In this document: positions 27,389 to 32,000 of the stretch, one piece after another
Layout: every line of letters begins with the position of its first letter
How positions within the stretch are numbered: position 1 is the stretch's first letter
Origin: Sphingobium bisphenolivorans
Lineage (GTDB): Bacteria; Pseudomonadota; Alphaproteobacteria; Sphingomonadales; Sphingomonadaceae
DNA length: 32,000 nt
Assembly: GCF_000412635.1 (NCBI RefSeq)
Contig: NZ_ASTG01000006.1
Location: forward strand, 3,254 to 35,253
Direction: 5' to 3'
Program-made: the position numbers and the translations under genes
The notes under the pieces: generated by a model
Seen by the model: only the letters and a program-made list of their open reading frames with translations
Databases searched by the model: none
What the model was told of the DNA's origin: nothing

Positions 27389-28561
27389 TCACGGCTGATC
27401 GCGGCGCAGCAAGATCATCGCTCCGACCGAAGCGATGGCGCAGAAGGTCGCGACACTCGTCATGGGCGTGAGCGCGCCTGTCATGGCCGCCAGCAGCAGC
27501 AGGATCAGCGCGCTGGCTGGCGTGAAAATCATCCATGGCCTGATGCCGCCCGTCCTATGCCGCCGATCCGCCACTTGCACGATCGCGAGCAGCAGGGCGA
27601 GGTAGATTGTCCCCATCGTATCGCCCGACAAGGCGATGCCGAGCAGCGCGACAGCAGGCGTGACGAAGGCCGTCCAGCCCATGGGCGGTGAGCGGAGCGC
27701 CAGTTCGTCCAAACGATCGGCTATTTCCGCCAGCAGCAGCGCCAGCAACAACAGGCAAAATCCCGCGCCAACCCAGAGCAGTTCGATCGGCACCAGCCCG
27801 ATCGCCCCCAGCACCATGGCCGCGATCCGCATTTGCGGCGCCGGCACCTGCATGCGCATCAGCGCCGGACCGACGAGCCGGGCCAGCGGAGCCAGCAGAT
27901 AATGTTCGGCGCCGCCCCGCGACTGCTGGAGCCGGGGGCCGCTCGACAGCACCGCCTGCGCGGCGACATCAGCCTGTTCCTGCCCATCGACGAGAGCAAC
28001 CCGCCCCTCCAGCAGATCATCCTGCGGCACCGTGACGCGTCGCGCACCGGCCTGAACCGCGCTACGCACCAGAGTCAGCGACAGGTCCCAGTCGCCGATC
28101 ATATCGAGCGTGTTGAACAGCAGGTCGGGGCTGATCCGCGCCAGGCCGGCCCAGCGCTGCCCGGCGTCGATCCGTTCGAACGGCGCGCTCGCCCGGCTGT
28201 CGTCGGTTACCAGCAGCGCATTTCCTTGCCGCTCCGCCATCGCCTCGAAATGACCCTGCGCCACGATCGCGCCATCTGCGACCAGCAGCGTATCGGCGTC
28301 GCGCGGAGCATCGCGAACCATGGACACCATGTCGCGGATCAGCGCGACCGCGATACCGTCCGCCGAAAGACGATCGACGGCCTGCGACAAAGCAGGCGTA
28401 ATCACGCTGACGACGATCATGATCCGGTCCGCACCAGCCCGCGCAGCTTGGCGTGCCTGATATTCCACCAGTGTCTGACCTGCGAAGTGCAGGCTGCCAC
28501 GAAGCGGTGCAGCCGGATCACCGGACGTCCGGCTCGCGCTGAGAATGGCTGCAAATGTCAT
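27389..28561 (-). CDS. membrane protein: N-terminal nucleotidyltransferase-like fold + C-terminal CDP-alcohol-phosphatidyltransferase-like TM domain, both with degenerate motifs
   Basis: Inner 390 codons of track ORF 27389..28735 (ATG 28561, MTFAAILSASRTSG... versus canonical LAGGxGxR). The C-terminal half is multi-TM, with VPAPQMRIAAMVLG (compare PNxxT) and ADRLDELALR (compare DxxDGxxAR). Confidence 0.5.
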   Translation of the reverse strand: MTFAAILSASRTSGDPAAPLRGSLHFAGQTLVEYQARQAARAGADRIMIVVSVITPALSQAVDRLSADGIAVALIRDMVSMVRDAPRDADTLLVADGAIVAQGHFEAMAERQGNALLVTDDSRASAPFERIDAGQRWAGLARISPDLLFNTLDMIGDWDLSLTLVRSAVQAGARRVTVPQDDLLEGRVALVDGQEQADVAAQAVLSSGPRLQQSRGGAEHYLLAPLARLVGPALMRMQVPAPQMRIAAMVLGAIGLVPIELLWVGAGFCLLLLALLLAEIADRLDELALRSPPMGWTAFVTPAVALLGIALSGDTMGTIYLALLLAIVQVADRRHRTGGIRPWMIFTPASALILLLLAAMTGALTPMTSVATFCAIASVGAMILLRRDQP

Positions 28562-28604
28562 GCCGTTGAGAAACCGACCCGATCGTTGTTCGACCCACCT
28601 TTTT

Positions 28605-28633
28605 GCAAGCCGGGCGCCATCACGCAAGCCGGG
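28605..28633. repeat. perfect 10-bp direct repeat GCAAGCCGGG x2 (19-bp period) in the Hpt-like / transferase-like spacer
   Basis: gcaagccggg cgccatcac gcaagccggg read directly at 28605-28614 and 28624-28633. Confidence 0.6.
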
Positions 28634-28640
28634 TGGCGCT

Positions 28641-28943
28641 TCACCCCTCGGAAAGCTCATCCAGCATGGCGCGCAACCGGCGCAGCACGCGCGGATCACC
28701 GGGTGCCGAATCGGCTGCCTCGTCCGCCATCGCAATCAGGCTGCTCATGCCGAAACTCGCCGCCAGCCCCTTCAGCCGCCATGCGGCCAGTTCCCAGTTC
28801 GCGTCGCAGCGTGCCCGGCGTAGCAGATCGAATTGCCGCTCGGCGCTTTCCATGAAGGCGACGCGCAGGTCGGCAATCAGCGTACGGTCGTCGCCCACCG
28901 CAGCGGCTAGGGCAGCATTCAGGGCGCCTGGATCGTAGGACAT
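28641..28943 (-). CDS. Hpt-like domain protein lacking any histidine
   Basis: 100 aa. AAWRLKGLAASFGMSSL matches the Hpt signature aHxLKGsaaslG, but Trp55 occupies the His position. The whole protein contains no His. Confidence 0.55.
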   Translation of the reverse strand: MSYDPGALNAALAAAVGDDRTLIADLRVAFMESAERQFDLLRRARCDANWELAAWRLKGLAASFGMSSLIAMADEAADSAPGDPRVLRRLRAMLDELSEG

Positions 28944-29014
28944 AGGGCGAACGCTATCTGGCTTGCGTTAAGTTTTGGTAACAGGCCATTTTCGTTCGTC
29001 GAAAAGCTGCTAGG

Positions 29015-31696
29015 ATGCGCGGCATGAATGGGGGCAGCACAATCGTCGAATTTTGGCGAGACAATAAGGCAGCGGCCGATAACGCCGCGCAGGCCGAGGA
29101 TATCCTGCTTTTGGATCAGGCTGCACCTGATCTGGAGCAAGAGTCACTCGCCGCTGATGAGGCCGAAGGCTCCGTCCGCGGCGCGCAGATCGCGTTCCTA
29201 ATAGCCGGGCTGGTTTGGCTCGTCTTCGCCGCTTGGGCAACCATATCGTCGGGCCAGTGGCAGGCTGGTCCTGCCGGGTGGCCGGGACTGGTTGCGACCA
29301 TTCTCATCCCCCTGACGCTTCTTGGTGTTTGCTATCTTCTGCTCCTGCGCAACAGCCGCACCGAAGCGCGGCGCTATATCGACACGGCCCGAACGCTCCG
29401 CGCAGAGGCGGAGTTGCTTGAGCTTCGCCTTGGCCGGATCGCTCGTCAGCTCGAAACGGCGCGGCAGACGATGCACGACCAGGCCGAATTGCTCGACAGC
29501 TATGGCGCCGCCGCAAGCAGCAATATGGAGGCTTCGGCGGAGTTGATCGCCGGCCGGGCGAACAGCACAGCGGAACGCGCCGAAGCAGCGGAACAGGCCG
29601 CGCTCGCCCTTGTCCAGCGGATGGAAACGCTCATCGGCTCCATTCCAGAACTGGAGGATCGCGCGACTCGCATGGCCGCGCGGATCATCGACAATGGCCA
29701 CGCGCTGTCCGAGCGGATCGACACACTGGAAGCCCGCCTGCATGCTCTCGGCGAACTGTCCGACGACGCTCGTACGCGCACACTTTCGGCGACCAAGAGC
29801 CTGTCCAGCCAGCTTACCCAGCTTCAGGAGGCGACACGGTCTGCCACGCAGGAGGTCAATGGCCTTGCCGATTTGGCCGCCAACCGGATCGACGTCACCA
29901 CCCAGAATGCCCGCCTGGCGCTGGAGGATAGCCGTCAGGATATCGAGCAGCAGGCAAGTTCGCTCGAATGTCTGGTCGCCCGCATCCGCGACAATGTGTC
30001 CGACACCACGCGTTCGATGGCGGCGGCGCTGACGCGGGAACTGGACAATGCCGAAGCGGACGTGCGGCAGCGGCTCGAAGCGTCACTCGCCAGTGCGCGG
30101 GAAAGCATGGCTGCGACGGATGCTGACCTCTCTGCGCAGGCGGTATCGCTGCGCACGCTCATCGAAGAAGCACGTTCGGGCATCGTCGGTACCAGCCAGA
30201 CGGCACTTGCCACCCTGTCCCGCGACGCACAGGCGATCGAGGCCGAGTTGCACGATCGGATCGCCGCTGCCGTGGCGCAAGCGCGTGAAAGCCTGAGCTT
30301 CACGGAGGCCGGAATCACGCGTCAGACCGAAGCGCTCGACGCACTGATCGCACGCTCCCGCACGAGCATTGAGGCAATCGGCAATGATTCTGTCGCTCAT
30401 CTGGCGGATCATGTCGCGGAAGTTGAAAGCCGCCTGCATCAGATCAACGATCTGGTCGAGGGTCAACGGACGCTCGTTTCAGGGCTTCAGACCAACCTCA
30501 ACGAAGCGGTAGACGCCGCGCAATCGCGCTTCACGGCGATGGAAGACGCCGCCCTCGCCCGCAACGAGCGGCTGACCGAGGCATTATCTCGCCTGACGGC
30601 TGAAACCCAGCGCATCGACAGCGCGCTCGCGCAAGGCGGTATCACGGCCGAAAAGCTGATCGGCAGTGCGGAAACCCTGCTGGTCGCGCTCGATTCGAGT
30701 GTGCGCGAGCTGGACGAAACCTTCCCCGCGGCGCTGGAGCGCTTTAACGGGCGCATCGAAAGCAGCCGGACTTTGCTCGACAGTGCAGCGCCCGAGATCG
30801 AACGGCTGGAGGCCATTTCCGAGGCACTCGTCGGACGCACGCAGGAGGCGGAGGAACTGCTCCGCGGTCAGGGCCGTCGCCTCACCGAATGGTTGGAAAG
30901 CACGCAGAGCGGCGTCGATGCCAATCGCGAGCTGGTCGAAAAGCTACGCACCGCGCTCGACAATGCGCATCAGGACGCGACCCGCATTACCGAGGGCGCC
31001 GGGCCGCTGCTGGTCACCGCGCTGCTCCGCGTCAAGGATACGGCGGATCAAGCAGCCGAACGCGCCCGCCAAGCCCTGAGCCGGGCCATTCCCGATGCCG
31101 CCCAGTCGTTGGCTGACGCCAGTGAGGCCGCCATGCAGCGGGCGATCGACGAAAAGGTCACCGCGCAGATCGAGATGGTCGCGCAAGTCGCGGAGGAAGC
31201 GGTCAAGGCCGCGCACCAGGCGTCCGATCGCCTGACCCGGCAGTTGCTGACGATCGCCGACACGAGCGCCGGGTTGGAGGCGCGGATCGAGGAAGCGCAG
31301 CGGGCAGCCGAAGACCGCGACCGGGAACATTTCGCCCGCCGCTCCGCGCTTATCATCGAATCGCTCAACAGCACCGCCATCGACGTCTCCAAGATTCTGT
31401 CGAACGACGTCACCGACTCTGCCTGGTCAGCCTATCTCAAGGGTGATCGCGGGGTGTTCACCCGCCGCGCCGTCAAGCTGCTCGACGCTGGTGAATCCCG
31501 CGAGATCGCGCTTCATTACGACAGCGATCCTGAATTTCAGGAGCATGTGAACCGCTACATCCATGATTTCGAATCGATGCTGCGGATCATCCTGTCGGCG
31601 CGAGACGGCAATGCGCTGGGCGTAGCGCTGCTCTCGTCTGACATGGGCAAGCTCTATGTCGCGCTGGCACAGGCGATCGAACGGCTGAGGCAGTAG
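29015..31696 (+). CDS. 893-aa two-TM, long coiled-coil membrane protein with 62-aa tandem repeats and a globular C-terminal domain
   Basis: TM helices at about aa 57-77 and 90-111, followed by about 650 aa of Ala/Glu/Arg/Leu-rich helix. Units at aa 310-371 and 372-433 align position by position (…AxAxARES[ML]). Confidence 0.8.
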   Translation: MRGMNGGSTIVEFWRDNKAAADNAAQAEDILLLDQAAPDLEQESLAADEAEGSVRGAQIAFLIAGLVWLVFAAWATISSGQWQAGPAGWPGLVATILIPLTLLGVCYLLLLRNSRTEARRYIDTARTLRAEAELLELRLGRIARQLETARQTMHDQAELLDSYGAAASSNMEASAELIAGRANSTAERAEAAEQAALALVQRMETLIGSIPELEDRATRMAARIIDNGHALSERIDTLEARLHALGELSDDARTRTLSATKSLSSQLTQLQEATRSATQEVNGLADLAANRIDVTTQNARLALEDSRQDIEQQASSLECLVARIRDNVSDTTRSMAAALTRELDNAEADVRQRLEASLASARESMAATDADLSAQAVSLRTLIEEARSGIVGTSQTALATLSRDAQAIEAELHDRIAAAVAQARESLSFTEAGITRQTEALDALIARSRTSIEAIGNDSVAHLADHVAEVESRLHQINDLVEGQRTLVSGLQTNLNEAVDAAQSRFTAMEDAALARNERLTEALSRLTAETQRIDSALAQGGITAEKLIGSAETLLVALDSSVRELDETFPAALERFNGRIESSRTLLDSAAPEIERLEAISEALVGRTQEAEELLRGQGRRLTEWLESTQSGVDANRELVEKLRTALDNAHQDATRITEGAGPLLVTALLRVKDTADQAAERARQALSRAIPDAAQSLADASEAAMQRAIDEKVTAQIEMVAQVAEEAVKAAHQASDRLTRQLLTIADTSAGLEARIEEAQRAAEDRDREHFARRSALIIESLNSTAIDVSKILSNDVTDSAWSAYLKGDRGVFTRRAVKLLDAGESREIALHYDSDPEFQEHVNRYIHDFESMLRIILSARDGNALGVALLSSDMGKLYVALAQAIERLRQ

Positions 31697-31716
31697 CGCC
31701 AGCAGCCGCAGTAATA

Positions 31717-32000
31717 TTATCGGGCGAGCGCGTCATTGGGATCGATCGCCCGTATAGCCGTCGTCGGTGGATTGACGTCGGCCGCTATCTGGGCCGCCGT
31801 TAGCGTTGCCGGCGCTTCCGAAGCGAGCGTTACTTCCCGATCCACATAGACGTCGAAAGCCGTGCCCGCCGGCAATTTGACCTCCTTGCCCCGGACCAGA
31901 AAGGCGAGCGGCAGGAAGACGACACCGGCTCCAACCGAACCTAAGGTTCCCGATCCCCCCTTCGCGTTCCACTCGCCGCGCACGGGCACCTCCGCCTGCC
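31717..32000 (-). CDS. C-terminal part of a hypothetical protein (gene continues past the window end)
   Basis: Track ORF 31717..31989 is open to the window edge, with high GC3. ...GKEVKLPAGTAFDVYVDREVTL...; no family assigned. Confidence 0.4.
   Translation of the reverse strand, partial: QAEVPVRGEWNAKGGSGTLGSVGAGVVFLPLAFLVRGKEVKLPAGTAFDVYVDREVTLASEAPATLTAAQIAADVNPPTTAIRAIDPNDALAR

Noticed and set aside
1-32000. CRISPR arrays, tRNA/rRNA genes, IS elements or transposases, and toxin-antitoxin or known defence-system genes
   Set aside because: Reading both strands, I found no repeat-spacer periodicity, no tRNA T-arm/acceptor signatures, no transposase-like ORFs and no recognisable defence domains. 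This is visual inspection only, so tRNAscan, Infernal and DefenseFinder runs would be needed to be definitive.

Overview
High-GC (~65%) alphaproteobacterial chromosomal window. The GTTC-N7-GTTC LexA operator, the lexA/comEC/gltX/gltA neighbourhood and the protein styles suggest Sphingomonadaceae, but that is inference only. Region A (1 to ~12.2 kb, possibly 13.5 kb) is a minus-strand RcGTA-type gene transfer agent (GTA) head-tail cluster. Its order is terL, portal, small TM protein, HK97 protease, HK97 capsid, gp6-like adaptor, 68-aa ORF, DUF3168-like tail terminator, major tail, two chaperones, short tape measure, Dit/g12, hub/g13, NlpC/P60 g14, and the start of g15, which is cut by the window edge. 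Most junctions are ATGA/GTGA overlaps. No integrase, repressor, replication or lysis genes are present. The cluster is unusually interrupted. (i) A signal-peptide glycine-zipper gene with its own ECF/EcfG-like promoter and a canonical intrinsic terminator sits between terL and portal, in a moron-like layout. (ii) An opposite-strand secreted-protein gene sits between the tail terminator and the major tail gene. (iii) The Dit/g12 domain is fused in frame behind an unassigned 568-aa module, with an internal SD+GTG exactly at the junction. (iv) A TerS-like HTH gene is separated from terL by a divergent GNAT gene. Region B (13.7-24.8 kb) is housekeeping: GST, TonB-like, an 80-aa ORF, yqaA/DedA, lnt, metK, lexA (with tandem SOS boxes), comEC (convergently overlapping lexA), gltX and gltA. 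Region C (24.9-32 kb) holds a four-gene minus-strand operon: an Hpt-like protein with no histidine at all, a degenerate nucleotidyltransferase/CDP-alcohol-transferase-like membrane protein, a helical hypothetical protein, and a histidine-kinase-like protein with Arg at the H-box. It is followed by a divergent 893-aa two-TM coiled-coil protein with 62-aa tandem repeats. No rRNA, tRNA, CRISPR or IS/transposase was recognised. Many long ORFs in the supplied track are opposite-strand shadows typical of high-GC DNA.
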